A stretch of 62,891 nucleotides of DNA, the filler included, from Globobulimina sp. (taxonomy: Eukaryota), in assembly GCA_003354225.1 (NCBI GenBank). It is 14 parts of 14 records of this genome, joined end to end, with 100 filler letters (N's around TTAATTAATTAA, not from the genome) between each part and the next. Parts side by side here need not be neighbours in the genome. Positions count along the whole stretch, not along the records: positions 1 to 4,407 come from PIVH01001273.1; positions 4,508 to 8,912 come from PIVH01001274.1; positions 9,013 to 13,417 come from PIVH01001275.1; 11 more parts are not named here. One strand, 5' to 3'. Within the stretch, counting starts at the first letter, position 1. Each line of letters starts with the position of its first letter. The notes below the pieces were generated by a model, which searched no databases, was not told the origin of the DNA, and was given only the letters and a program-made list of their open reading frames with translations. Made by a program: the position numbers and the translations under genes. Below, one piece after another: positions 1-11,419 of this stretch.

Positions 1-66
1 AAATGATCTGTAAATCATACAGCTCAATGATGCTCCTTCAGCTTCGCACTGATAACCACATACATA

Positions 67-1107
67 ATGGCAATAAAAGCATGTGGTAATTTACAGTATA
101 TAGCCAATGGGGAGAACATATATACAAAGCAGATACCGTACGAATATGCGGATAATATTCAAATTAAAACAGTACTGATTCAATTTTATGGACAATGTAA
201 CGATATTAAGAATGCATTGAATATTTTCAATAAGATTGAGGATAAAAATAAAAATATAGTCTGTATCAATACAATGTTATCAGCATATATTAAATGCAAT
301 GTTTACGATGCAGCATTGCAATTATTTGATGAAATGAGTTCAAAATATGGTCATATAACAAAAGATAATGTTTTATATTCAGTCGCAATCAAAGCATGTA
401 CCCTTAGCAATAATTTTAAAAAAGGACAAGAAATTCATAATGAAATAGTTGAGATTGGACTGATATCGATTGGTGATATACAACTTCATTTAATTAATAT
501 GTATTCAAAATGTGGTATGATCAATGTTTGTAATGACATATTTGACGAAATCAAAAAAAATGAAAATAAAAAATACTTGAATGATATAAATATTTGGAAT
601 GAAATGATCAATGCTCATTTAAGAAATAATAGTGACGTATTCAAAGCAAAGCAGTTATTGGCTGTTATGAAAAATGAAACAGATTTAAAACCAAATCATA
701 AAACCTACAGTTTAGTATTAAATGGATGCAGTCATACTGGAAATATTAAGGAAGCGACAGATATTTGGGAATACGAAATAAGTCACAGTATAAAATATGA
801 TTCATATATTATTGCAACTTTGGTTGATTGTTGTTCGAGGAAAGGATATTTGTATCAAGGATATGAATGGATTTATAAATATGAGAAATTTCATAATAAA
901 CAGGCAAATAAACAGATTGATCATGCAATGTGGATGTCATTGCTGCATGGCAGTAAGCAACAAAATAATTTACTAATGGCACACTATATTCATGATCAAA
1001 TTTGCTGCAGATTTAAGACTGATAAAAAGCTCATTCAATCTGGATCTATTTTGCTTGCAAACATCTATCAATATCATAGGAGCGAACAGCTTAGGAATAT
1101 GATTTGA
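67..1107 (+). CDS. Pentatricopeptide repeat protein, PLS-like array with C-terminal E-like extension, no DYW domain; 5' end uncertain at contig edge
   Basis: Repeated ~35-aa PPR motifs (LIQFYGQCNDIKNALNIFNKI; LINMYSKCGMINVCNDIFDEI; IWNEMINA). KPNHKTYSLVLNGCSHTG, LVDCCSRKG, MWMSLLHG and ILLANIY match the P2-L2-S2-E motifs of plant PLS PPRs. Confidence 0.85.
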   Translation: MAIKACGNLQYIANGENIYTKQIPYEYADNIQIKTVLIQFYGQCNDIKNALNIFNKIEDKNKNIVCINTMLSAYIKCNVYDAALQLFDEMSSKYGHITKDNVLYSVAIKACTLSNNFKKGQEIHNEIVEIGLISIGDIQLHLINMYSKCGMINVCNDIFDEIKKNENKKYLNDINIWNEMINAHLRNNSDVFKAKQLLAVMKNETDLKPNHKTYSLVLNGCSHTGNIKEATDIWEYEISHSIKYDSYIIATLVDCCSRKGYLYQGYEWIYKYEKFHNKQANKQIDHAMWMSLLHGSKQQNNLLMAHYIHDQICCRFKTDKKLIQSGSILLANIYQYHRSEQLRNMI

Positions 1108-1306
1108 AGAGTACTCACATGATGAGTCACATCTCATATATTGTGTTGATAATTTCTTTGCACTTTATTAACACATTAAATATTTGGTTGTAAAGAAGAA
1201 AGTAATTTGTCGATTCTGAACCGATATATTTTTGTATACAACTTCTTTTTGTTCCTTTTCTTAGCTTTCAGTGAATTCATAAAAGACAAAGACTTAATAC
1301 TCGACC

Positions 1307-3286
1307 ATGGGAGCTAAAATGGCATGTTGCAAAAAACAAGAAACATTTGGAATGGATTCGTCTAAATTTGAAACAACATATTCCCCCATATTTGCACCAT
1401 TTCTTGTCAATGTTGTTGTTAAACTATTAAATGATACAGGAGACAGATCGTTTGATTTGCAATTAGAAGATTTTATATCCCGTTGGGGTGGAGGCATAAC
1501 ATTATTAAGAGAATGTTGCAAAAAAAACACTCTCGATCCAGAAGATAAACAGTGCGATTGGGACACATTAGTAGCAAGATGTGCCAATGCAACACCATTA
1601 TCGCATAATGTCTGGGTAGAACTATTAAGATATAATAAAATTAAGGTAACGACGTCGGAAACACGCAATGTAGAAAATTTATTAATGCAATGGGTTGAGA
1701 ATGGACATAAATACAGAACACATGGACCTTATCCAAAAGCAGCTGAACAAGAAATATATATTCAAGACTCAATACCGCCGCGCATCTCGGAAATATTAAA
1801 TTACGCCATCATTAATGATGTTTTTGCAGACTGTTACGTCGCTATGCAACAATCCAAAAAAGGCAAAATTCGAGACACCATCACAGGACCAGCTCTGGAT
1901 AAAGTAACATCTGCGTCATTTGACGAGCTTGAAATGAGTCAGCTCGCTGATAATGATCACAAACGACAAAAAAGTATGAAAGAGAGAGCAATTGAACTTG
2001 ATATCAGACCAACAGATAAGGAAAGCACTCGGATTCATCCATGTTTATGGTTTGGTATATTATTAATTGCCGCGTTATATGTGATTATTATGATGATGGG
2101 CAATAATCAATACATGGTCATGTCGTGGATGAATTACTCGCAAGATAATAAGGGATTTTATTGGCAAGATTGGGGGTGGAAATCGTCCACAATTCATGAT
2201 GATACAGAGACTGGTCTGCCACTATCTACATTTATTGATTTAGAACATTCAGCGCGGATTCAAAACGATATTGCGGTCTTTATAGTTATTGTGTTTTTGA
2301 TGGTTTTGGCATTTTTAGTGACGATAATATTTGTATTATTGATGCGTATTAAGGAGAAGAAAGGCTATTATTTTTATATTGGTCGTATTAAGGTGCCGCA
2401 AAGACCGGTGATTTATGGTTTATTCGAAATGATTGTGATTGTTTCCTTGTGTTTGGTGTTAATGTTTACGATGTTATTAATTTATGGAATGGTGGAGTTG
2501 ATACCATATGCGAGAGTATTATGTCTTGCATCGGGGAGTTCTGAATGTCGCGCATTGGTTTTTCCCGCACCGCATATTGGACTTTTCATTTTAATATGTG
2601 TACCATTTGTAATGTCTTGTTTGATATATAAATATACAGCACAGTTAGATTATAAATTGGATTATAAAACAATGAGAATTTATTATCCAGAGCATTATGG
2701 CAAATTAGCATCCAACGCACAAGGCATATATTTATATGATTTATTGGATGGAATAGCAACAATCAAGAAATTATTATTATTTATGTTGTTTGCAGCTTGT
2801 TTACAAGAAAGCGGAATGATAATATGGGTGCATGTGACCAATACAGGCAGTAATTCATCGTATGCCTATCTACAACCATTGGGCTTAAATAATGTAAAAG
2901 ATTTTCCAGGAGGAGGCAGCTGGGTGGACGCAGGCGTGTCATTCAGTGTATTTATACCAATATTTATGATCTTTAATTTCATATTATTATGCTATTTTAT
3001 TCATGTGTTCTTAAATTGGAAAGTTTATAAAGTCGTTAAATATATTTTTTTATTGTTAGTCACTGCTGAAATTGTTATCTGGTTTATATTGGGATTAGTG
3101 TTTTATTTTGATTTTAATGCATATTGGAATAAGAATGGTTTGGGGCAGAAAATTACAGATATTGGGAGTGCGGCGGATGAGGTTGGTTTCAAAAATTATT
3201 GGTTACCTGATTATGGCATATTGTTACATTTACTTATTTGGGCGTTTATGTTAAGATTATGGTACAGAATCACCAAAGCAATGTAA
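1307..3286 (+). CDS. Uncharacterised multi-pass membrane protein with soluble N-terminal region
   Basis: Uninterrupted 659-aa ORF with about 8-9 hydrophobic segments after residue ~245; N-terminus MGAKMACC. Confidence 0.7.
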   Translation: MGAKMACCKKQETFGMDSSKFETTYSPIFAPFLVNVVVKLLNDTGDRSFDLQLEDFISRWGGGITLLRECCKKNTLDPEDKQCDWDTLVARCANATPLSHNVWVELLRYNKIKVTTSETRNVENLLMQWVENGHKYRTHGPYPKAAEQEIYIQDSIPPRISEILNYAIINDVFADCYVAMQQSKKGKIRDTITGPALDKVTSASFDELEMSQLADNDHKRQKSMKERAIELDIRPTDKESTRIHPCLWFGILLIAALYVIIMMMGNNQYMVMSWMNYSQDNKGFYWQDWGWKSSTIHDDTETGLPLSTFIDLEHSARIQNDIAVFIVIVFLMVLAFLVTIIFVLLMRIKEKKGYYFYIGRIKVPQRPVIYGLFEMIVIVSLCLVLMFTMLLIYGMVELIPYARVLCLASGSSECRALVFPAPHIGLFILICVPFVMSCLIYKYTAQLDYKLDYKTMRIYYPEHYGKLASNAQGIYLYDLLDGIATIKKLLLFMLFAACLQESGMIIWVHVTNTGSNSSYAYLQPLGLNNVKDFPGGGSWVDAGVSFSVFIPIFMIFNFILLCYFIHVFLNWKVYKVVKYIFLLLVTAEIVIWFILGLVFYFDFNAYWNKNGLGQKITDIGSAADEVGFKNYWLPDYGILLHLLIWAFMLRLWYRITKAM

Positions 3287-3546
3287 AAAAAAGCAATGTA
3301 TTATAAGTAAACAAATTCATTTTCTGTTGTTTGTAGATATATATATATATACTTCTCCGTGTTGTTTGTGATCACCATGTTATCAAATTATTCATGTTAT
3401 AAATTAGTTTCGTTTCGTTTCAACGATTGACAATTAAAGTGGTTTTCAACTTTGAATGCAAGGATTACTTAAGTTCGCATCTAGATAATTCTGTCAACGA
3501 CAAACAGCTAAAAACGCAATAGTTTGAGACTCATTTAACGTTAATT

Positions 3547-4407
3547 ATGGATGACAACGAAAAATTTGCTCGATTAACACAAATTTTATCTATAGATGGT
3601 GTGAAAGGATTGGAATTTTTTTGTTTGAATGACTTTAAAAATACTGGTCGTGGATTAGCATCGTTTTTATCACGACAACCAGGCGAAGAATTATTTCGTA
3701 TCCCTCTAAAATACATATTTACGGATTATAACATTGAGAATCATCCGAAACTAAGTGAAATTTGGAATAAATACCCAAAATTATTAGCAGAATTTGAACA
3801 AAATACACGTTCAGAGAATGCGGTCTATCCATTCATTTTATTATTTTATTACGAATTAATAAATCCATCAACAGAATTCAATCGAATTTGGTTTTCATTA
3901 TTTCCTCGAAATTTGAACGGTCATACAATTGCATGGAGTGATAAAGAACTAAAAAGTTGCGGTAATTTGTGCCCAATTCGTCGTGATACCATACAGATAC
4001 AAGTATGGATAAAAAAAACGTTTCGAGCATTATCGCCTATAATTGCGGAGTTTGCCGATAATATATTTGGCAATGACGGAGTTACACAGTTTACTGAATC
4101 AATGGTGGAATTCTTATGTATGACCTGCAGAAATCGGGGTGTTTTATTAGCAATCACGGATGGTGACGGTGGTGGCGATGAGAAGGAAGAAAAAGGAAAT
4201 AATGAGAGATGTTACCACTGCTTTGTGCCATTGGGTGACTTTGGAAATCACAAATTCGGCGCAAAAGCGTCAGTTCAATTGGAATACCAAAATAAAAGGA
4301 GACACTTAAACGATGCAAATGTTAATTTATTTGTCAAATCGCATCCAAGTTTGATGGAAAAAAAGTTTTTTGAATATGATGAAGGAAACAAATGTTTAAT
4401 TGTTCGA
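3547..4407 (+). CDS. SET-domain lysine/histidine methyltransferase (Rubisco-LSMT/SETD3-like), 3' truncated by contig end
   Basis: TGRGLAS..PGEELFRIP and FVPLGDFGNH motifs of LSMT-type SET domains. Confidence 0.8.
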
Positions 4408-4507
4408 NNNNNNNNNNNNNNNNNNNNNNNNNNNNNNNNNNNNNNNNNNNNTTAATTAATTAANNNNNNNNNNNNNNNNNNNNNNNNNNNNNNNNNNNNN
4501 NNNNNNN
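4408..4507. other. Artificial contig spacer
   Basis: 44 N + TTAATTAATTAA + 44 N. Confidence 0.99.
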
Positions 4508-7500
4508 TTTCAATGAGTAATTTCGCGAAGATTGCGTCGAATGGCCGCCATTTATCCCGTTCTCGTCGCTCAACTCCGGTCTATTTATCTGTTGATCGTA
4601 CGGAGAGTGCACGTGACCGAATATGTGCGCCGACGGCGAGTACACTTTCCTGGGCGAAGCCGCATGCAATTTATTCCGCGACTTCCTCCGTTTGCTTTTG
4701 TTTATATTGACATTCTCGTCCTGCCGCGGTGTGGGCGTGTTTTTGGTGATAAAATCTTCGATTTGCTTACTAATCTCAATCGATTCGATATCGGTGTTGA
4801 TTTCTGGCACAAACTGCGCCATTCGCTTGGTGTAACCTTTTTTTTTGTGGATCTCGACAGAATCATCATCTGTAACGACCGCATTCTGCCCTTCCAACTC
4901 GACTGCATTCACAGCGCCAGCAACGGCGTTCAGTTTATGCATTATATCCTTGTCAATGTCGAGAGATTCATTGATTAAATTCTCGCGGTTCTCAATCTCC
5001 TCATTAATTAACATGGAACTCGCGGACAAATTATCCATATCATCCATATCCTCGCTATCCACATCATTATCATTCTCATTCTCATTGTCGTTCCTAATTT
5101 GCGTCGAAGATAGCTGTGGTATCAGGTCGATATTCATAATATTCATATTATTCAAACTCGACATGGAGCTTTTTCTGTGCTGCTGCATCTCTTCATTTTC
5201 TCTGTGCTGCTTATCCGACGCCACAGAACCTACACTCTCCAATGAATGATAATCTTTCATCACCGGACGGGGCACTGTGTGCACACAGCTCTTGTACGTC
5301 GGGGATGGTGTTTGCGACAATGAGCTGTGACTGTGGCTGTGAGCCGACTGCAGCGCAGACATTGCATCTTGTGAACCGGGGCTGGGCCCAGAACCCGGCG
5401 GTTTGGCCAACAGTTCCTGCGATTTCTCATCCTCCAACTTCTTCAATTCCTCGATGCTGATACATTCTTCTTCGATGTCGTCTTCATCCAATTCCGGCTC
5501 CGTCGCGTGAATATTGCCCGTGGTTTGCATCAATTTGTTTAGTTCGCGCACATTCAGCTTCATCCGGTCATGGACGGTGCTGGCATCGCGGTTGTGTTTG
5601 GTCGGAGGCGCTGTGATGCCATATTTCTGCGCCGAAATGGGCGTAATTGAGCTCTGTTTGTCGCCGCGGGATAATATATCCTTGATTTCCAAATCGCCCA
5701 TACCATCGTCTTCCGCACTATGCTCAGCGTCGCCTGTCTTTTTACGCTCGTTTTTGGAGATTTCCTCCTCAAAGTCGAACATGGTGGGCGTGGTCGCCTT
5801 TTTATTCTCTGGTTGCGGTGTATCCATATCACTGACCAACTCATGTCCATCTAAATAGAGATATCCATCTTTATGTTCATCGTTAAATTCGTTATCCAGC
5901 TCCGGTACCGGTGACCGTGACATAGATTTAATATCCGTCAATGTGCCTCTTTTTCTATGTTGCAAATGCGCAGTATCCTCACGACTGTGTCTGGTCGGTG
6001 GCGTCGCTTAATTGTTCATATTTGTTTTATATAATAAAAAATCAGATATTTTATGCGTTTCCAGAAACGTTTTCAGAATATATTATTTTTTATGTGCCAC
6101 ACCTAAATCATACGATTGTAGTCCAATTTCACCGGTATCGTAATTCTGTAATTTGGGTACTTTACATTCATGACCGCCACTATGCGCACTATGATTGGAG
6201 TCATTGGAGTCATTACACTCCAAATCTAAAATTGCTGCATCTCCTTCATCCCTGCCATCGCCATCCGATCCATTATCATTCACAGGCGTCATCTCATTCT
6301 CTTCATCTCTCTCAATGAGCAGTCCTGAGCACCCCAATGGTAACAATAACTTATCCGCTTTCCCCATACTCTTCACATTCACCGGAGCATTGCCAGAATC
6401 ATTCGAATCCGTATCACTTGCTTCAAACTCGTGGTCCGTAGACACACTGCTCGACTCCTCGCAGGACTCAGCATCGTCACTCATCGCATACTCACTCGAG
6501 CTCCCAATATCGGTGTTATTTGGATTCAAATGCATGTCGTACCCAATACCGTGATTGATAGATATCGGTGAAGTACGCCCATTATTCTCCTCTGTCGCGT
6601 TATGTTCCCATGGCGCTTGATATGGATCTACATCGTCATCATAATTCCGCGTAGACGAACGACTCAAACCGCCTTTTTTCTTACGTTTTGGTGTTTTATT
6701 TTTTTTATTTTTATCATCGTCATCTTGCTCTTCATCAAAAGGCTGTATACCGCGCACTTTTGCTGCTTCGCGCGTAGCGGGCTGCGCTTGCTTGGCTTCC
6801 TCGTCCTCATTGAAAGGCGTGTACGGAGTGCGCGGATCGGGCGAGCCTTGCATAGATCGGGATATCTCGGATTTGTCCCCGCTCTCTGTGAGCGCACTGT
6901 GCCCGGATCGGTTGCTGCTATGTCCAGATGCATCATCCACTAAAATGGGGTTACTGCTTTGTTTGCGGATCGGTGTAGCAAACAAATTATAACTAATCTG
7001 ATCTTCGTTGGGGTCATATGGTGGCGTTAATTGTATGGTAAACCGCGCAGTGACGGGCTGCAATTGCGATAATTGGTTCGCATCGGTATTTGTATTGGTC
7101 GCTACATCGGCCGCGGTGGACGTGATTAGTGGCATTGTATTGGCCAATTCGAAGGAGTTTTTGTATGAACGTCGGGTATTATCATCCTCTTCGCTCGAAC
7201 TCTCATGATACGCCGCTTGGGTCACTTGTGGGGCCGGCATAGGTGAAGGCGTTGCGAAATCATCTGAATTGGTGGCGGATAGTTTTAAATTATGAATTTG
7301 TGTGTTGTCTAGTGTGGATTGTGTGGGTGGTGGGACGTGATGGGAGGACAAGACCGAGGATCTGCGACGATGTACTTTAGGTTTATAGCCATTGGTGATG
7401 ACTAGTTCGGTCATTTCGCCACTATCAGCACGTTCCATTTGGGGCACGTCATCTTGTTCGTTTTCAGTGTCACTTATGTCTGTATTGGAGGCGATGAATC

Positions 7501-8912
7501 CGGATTGTTGCAGTTGTATGTGTTCTAATGATTTATTTAAATGATGTATTTGTTGCTTACGAGTGGGTGGTGTTCGATCGCCAGCATTGTTATCACTATC
7601 GGTCTCTTTAAATTGTCGCAACTGTTCGCGTAAGGCTCTGTTTTTGTGTACAGACAAACAAACAGCAGATTTGCAAGTGCGTTAAGTGAATGAAAATGGC
7701 ACTTTACTGAAGAAAAAACTTTTTTTGGTTAACAAGTGACAATGGCACTTTTGCACAGCCTCAAAAAGCTCATAGATACTAAACGCTTCTTGCGATTTCC
7801 GTTTAATCGCGCCTTTTAATTGCCGATTGTTGAATAATTTAACCGTCGGATTGGGTGTTGAGTTGGGAGTCGATGAGTTTGGATTGGCTGAGATGAGAAT
7901 TTTGCCATTGTTATTAATGTCCACATACGGTACATTTTGATGATTATAAGCAAACTGATTATTATTATTATTCTGCGCATTGGCCAACGGAGGTGTTTTG
8001 GGTGGCGGTGGTTGCGGCGACGGCGTCGGTGTCATCTCTTTCATTCCCGGCGGTGTGGCCGGTATGGAGGCAAAACCAATTTGTTTGAGCGAATTGGCCA
8101 CTGCCAAATGTGCATTGTTGCTGCGCCCACCAAACTTATCAATGGTGATATGATGCAACACCGATTGCGGCGGTGTGACAGGGTTTGCATGCGCTAGATT
8201 TACATATTGAGCCATCAAATTGTTGCCTAACTGCACTTGATTCACCGCGTTCATGTTCATATTGATGGCATTGTTTAGCTCCAAATTGGATATATTTGAC
8301 AGACGATGTTGTGTGTTGAGTGCACCATTGCCGTGGATCTCCGGCGTTGGCTGTTGCCCTAACTTCATATTCAGATTCTGCATCGGATTGGATACCGAGG
8401 ACAAGCCGGATATGGAAATATTATGATTGTGCCCAAAGGCGTGTATATTGCCATTAGTGATACCATAGCCAGAGGCAAATGAGGGCTGTACTTGATGGCC
8501 ATGGCTGACTGCTTCGTATGTCGCCGTATTCGACGGTGTTTTCACGGTGTTGTTGCGTTGTGGTGGCGGTGGAGGCGTATCTGACAATGAATTGGTATAC
8601 GACACGTTTGAGCCATGCGACTTATGCGATTCCACTGCATTGATAACCTGCGCATTGCTAGTAACCGCACACGGCGATTTGTCCATTGTTTCCAACTGTT
8701 TGTTGCGCTCCGTCAACACATCAATGTGCTGTATATACTTACAATTCATCTGCGACACGGACACGATATTCTTATTTAACTGCTGTATCGTGTCCGTTAA
8801 TCGACTCAATAAGTCGGACGGCGTGATTTTCACCACATTGTCCACGCTCACAAACACGGCGTAATTCGGCTTGGTCTGGAAATGCCGCACAAACTCGCCG
8901 CAATCTTCCAAG
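4508..8912 (-). CDS. Large low-complexity, probably disordered protein; three exons, partial at both ends
   Basis: Three same-strand ORFs (7682-8911, 6083-7657, 4508-5965) separated by AT-rich gaps with GT...AG borders; S/D/E/N/P-rich, no recognised domain. Confidence 0.65.
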
Positions 8913-9012
8913 NNNNNNNNNNNNNNNNNNNNNNNNNNNNNNNNNNNNNNNNNNNNTTAATTAATTAANNNNNNNNNNNNNNNNNNNNNNNNNNNNNNNN
9001 NNNNNNNNNNNN
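8913..9012. other. Artificial contig spacer
   Basis: 44 N + TTAATTAATTAA + 44 N. Confidence 0.99.
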
Positions 9013-9131
9013 TACATTTTTAACATTATCTCTTGTTTTATTGTTTTATTTATAATACCATATTTGGCGTAATATAATATTTTTATGTAGACAAAAATGC
9101 AGAATAATAAGATAATTACTAAGTGGCCATA
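9013..9131 (+). repeat. 119-bp terminal direct repeat, copy 1
   Basis: Identical to 13299-13417 (tacatttttaacattatc...aagtggccata). Confidence 0.97.
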
Positions 9132-9680
9132 GAATGATAACCACCGAAACAGTTTGCCTTTAAAAGTGTCGCCTTCAATGAAGCACCAACCACCGGTCGG
9201 GCGATAACTGTCTGTCAATATTGGTAATAAAGCAAATATCAACGGAATGGAGAAATTGATCATTATTAAAATGTTTCTGTATTTTGAGGGATGAGCCAGA
9301 ACAAAAGATGATAAATTCGGAAAAAACATCATTATGTCCATCAAAATAGCAACAGACATAATCCACCAAAATGTTGCTAAACCGCCATATACCAATCCGA
9401 CGCCTTGAATTGTGCATATTGTGGGATTTTCCGTATGGCCAACCATTTTCGCCGACGTTCTGATGGAAGTCGCCAATGCCATGTTAAAAACAAATGAATA
9501 GTCGAATGATCTCAGGTTTTTGAACAACAACCAACCTGTTAAAATAATGAAGCAACTAATTAGTGATATACTGTTCATTGCGATACTAACTGCAGATAGT
9601 ATTTCAATCTCATGCTCGGTATAGCTCACTCCAAGAATATACGTTGGATCTTCAACGATAGTGCCGTTACCAGCTGCCAT
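9013..9680 (-). CDS. cAMP-receptor-like (CAR/GCR1-type) GPCR, TM1-TM5; continues across the circular junction
   Basis: SISLISCFII, CTIQG, ATFWWIMSVA, YRPTGGWCFI and RWLSFYG are typical CAR-family motifs. Confidence 0.85.
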
Positions 9681-9688
9681 GTTTGTAC

Positions 9689-9785
9689 GACTAGCTCACT
9701 CCAAGAAAATCTTAACATAATATCATTATCATAAAGGTGATGAAACTGGCAATAAACCTAAACATTATGAGGTGATATTAAGATT
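9689..9785 (-). repeat. Copy of short dispersed repeat also found at 49584-49778
   Basis: Reverse complement shares ttaagattttcttg(g/a)agtgagctagtc, tatcacctca, ttgccagtttc and tgatattatgt with the contig-12 element. Confidence 0.75.
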
Positions 9786-9946
9786 AGAAAGAAACCCACG
9801 AATGAAAACTTGCTATTAACGCACTTTTAAATCGTAAGCAGACGATCAGCAGAAAAATGGAAAACTGTATACGGTACATGTACTTCGTTGAAGTTGAACT
9901 CATTATTTATTAATTAATTAACTATTTACTATAATATAATAATTAT

Positions 9947-11389
9947 TTACAAATTTTGATTTGCAAGAAAGGCATTAAACATCTTCAACCCCGGAGATGG
10001 TCGATATTGCGGCACCATATGTCCAGAGCCTCTCACAGTGACAAAATGCAACCTTTGGAAATCTCTCGTCCATCCACCAACTTGCACGCCTGCGGTGTCT
10101 CTGTACGTCCACTCCCTCCATGCCTTTGTCTGAGCTAAACTCAAATCATTCACAAACCACGAATCACCTAAAAAATTGCACGATGTATCCGTATCACCAT
10201 TATACACTGTCGCATATATACTCGCCGAGGCCGCAAATATTGCTTTATACGTCGCAGTCAAATCGCTATACTGTCTCGTATACGATAAATGATCCGAGCA
10301 TATGTCCCAAGTGATACTCGACCGGACATGCAATGCAGTTTTCACATCAGCTCTGTTCAAATACGTAAGCGCGCCCTTCGAGTCTAAGCACGGCGGCACT
10401 CCCTCCAAATTATCCACGTACCACTTCTCGCCACGCAACATCCTCATATGATGCGTATATTTCTTCCACGGATACAACTGATTCGCCTCATCCATTCTCT
10501 GCTTAACTTCCGCATCAATTTTATTGTCATCACCGCTGCGATAACAGTCACCATAAATATCATAGCCATTCAAATTGGCAGTCTTCCCCGAATTTGCCGC
10601 GTTCACTGCGTTGCGACAGGCCGTGTTAGAAGAGGTAAAGGTGCATGTTTTGCGGGTATATGGCGACGTACAACACGCTTTTTGCATTGCGTCCCATTCA
10701 GGTTCACTGAAAAAACCATGATGATACTTGAACCATTCTAAGCCTTCGCTCATTAGCGACGATTTGGTCACGCCGTTACCCACCGCGAAACCGACCACAT
10801 TGACCTTGGGCGTGTTGCCTGCGGCATTGCCTTGCAATATTTGTAAGGTTAAGGTTGGGACATATACGCCGCCATAACTCTCGCCGGTTACGTAAAATCG
10901 GTTACCTTGATATTGCGGGAATTTCCTGAGAAACTCTAATATGGCGTGGTAATTGTCGACAGCTGTGCCGTTATCAGAGGCACGGCAATTAGTGGTGCCG
11001 TCTTGATACGAGAAGCCGACACAAATCGGCGACTCCATGTAAAGCATCGACGCGTTTAAATTCCAGGAATATGGGTTGTTCCATAAGGTGCCGTTGTCGT
11101 AGACATGAATCGAACCCATTTCGTATAATAAGCCATCTAATGAGGAACAGCCGGGACCGCCATTAAGCCATAACACTACGGGGTCTGTTGCTGGATTGTT
11201 TTGTGATTCTTGAAACCTGATATTATTATTTAATATATGTAAATAAATAAATAAATAAATATATATCGAGAGTGTTTTTAAATAGTACCAATAATGTAAA
11301 TGATTTGTGGATGATGCATCTAAGTATCCACTGTATTGTTTATAATTGGTGTTCCATGTTAAACCGGGAAGATTTGTAATTATGATTTT
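9947..11389 (-). CDS. Serine carboxypeptidase, family S10 (cathepsin A-like); intron 11217-11288; start codon and signal peptide missing
   Basis: ITNLPG..YSGYL..LHYW/FQES..DPVVLWLNGGPGCSS; catalytic motifs GESYGG, GDTDTSC and GSGHMVP intact. An in-frame TGA at 11390-11392 lies just upstream with no ATG. Confidence 0.9.
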   Translation of the reverse strand, partial: KIIITNLPGLTWNTNYKQYSGYLDASSTNHLHYWYYLKTLSIYIYLFIYLHILNNNIRFQESQNNPATDPVVLWLNGGPGCSSLDGLLYEMGSIHVYDNGTLWNNPYSWNLNASMLYMESPICVGFSYQDGTTNCRASDNGTAVDNYHAILEFLRKFPQYQGNRFYVTGESYGGVYVPTLTLQILQGNAAGNTPKVNVVGFAVGNGVTKSSLMSEGLEWFKYHHGFFSEPEWDAMQKACCTSPYTRKTCTFTSSNTACRNAVNAANSGKTANLNGYDIYGDCYRSGDDNKIDAEVKQRMDEANQLYPWKKYTHHMRMLRGEKWYVDNLEGVPPCLDSKGALTYLNRADVKTALHVRSSITWDICSDHLSYTRQYSDLTATYKAIFAASASIYATVYNGDTDTSCNFLGDSWFVNDLSLAQTKAWREWTYRDTAGVQVGGWTRDFQRLHFVTVRGSGHMVPQYRPSPGLKMFNAFLANQNL

Positions 11390-11419
11390 TCAACGATGTC
11401 AGCATTGCAAACATTAAAT

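Noticed and set aside
1-66. Possible frameshift at the PPR 5' end
   Set aside because: PPR-like residues appear in two frames, but the stretch is short and at a contig edge.
4408-4507. TTAATTAATTAA palindrome recurring about every 4.5 kb
   Set aside because: Synthetic all-frame-stop spacer between N runs; the periodicity reflects length-sorted contigs. ORF ends running into X are artefacts.
4513-8864. Many antisense and alternate-frame ORFs of 60-170 aa here and across the window
   Set aside because: Shadows of real low-complexity genes with no motifs of their own.
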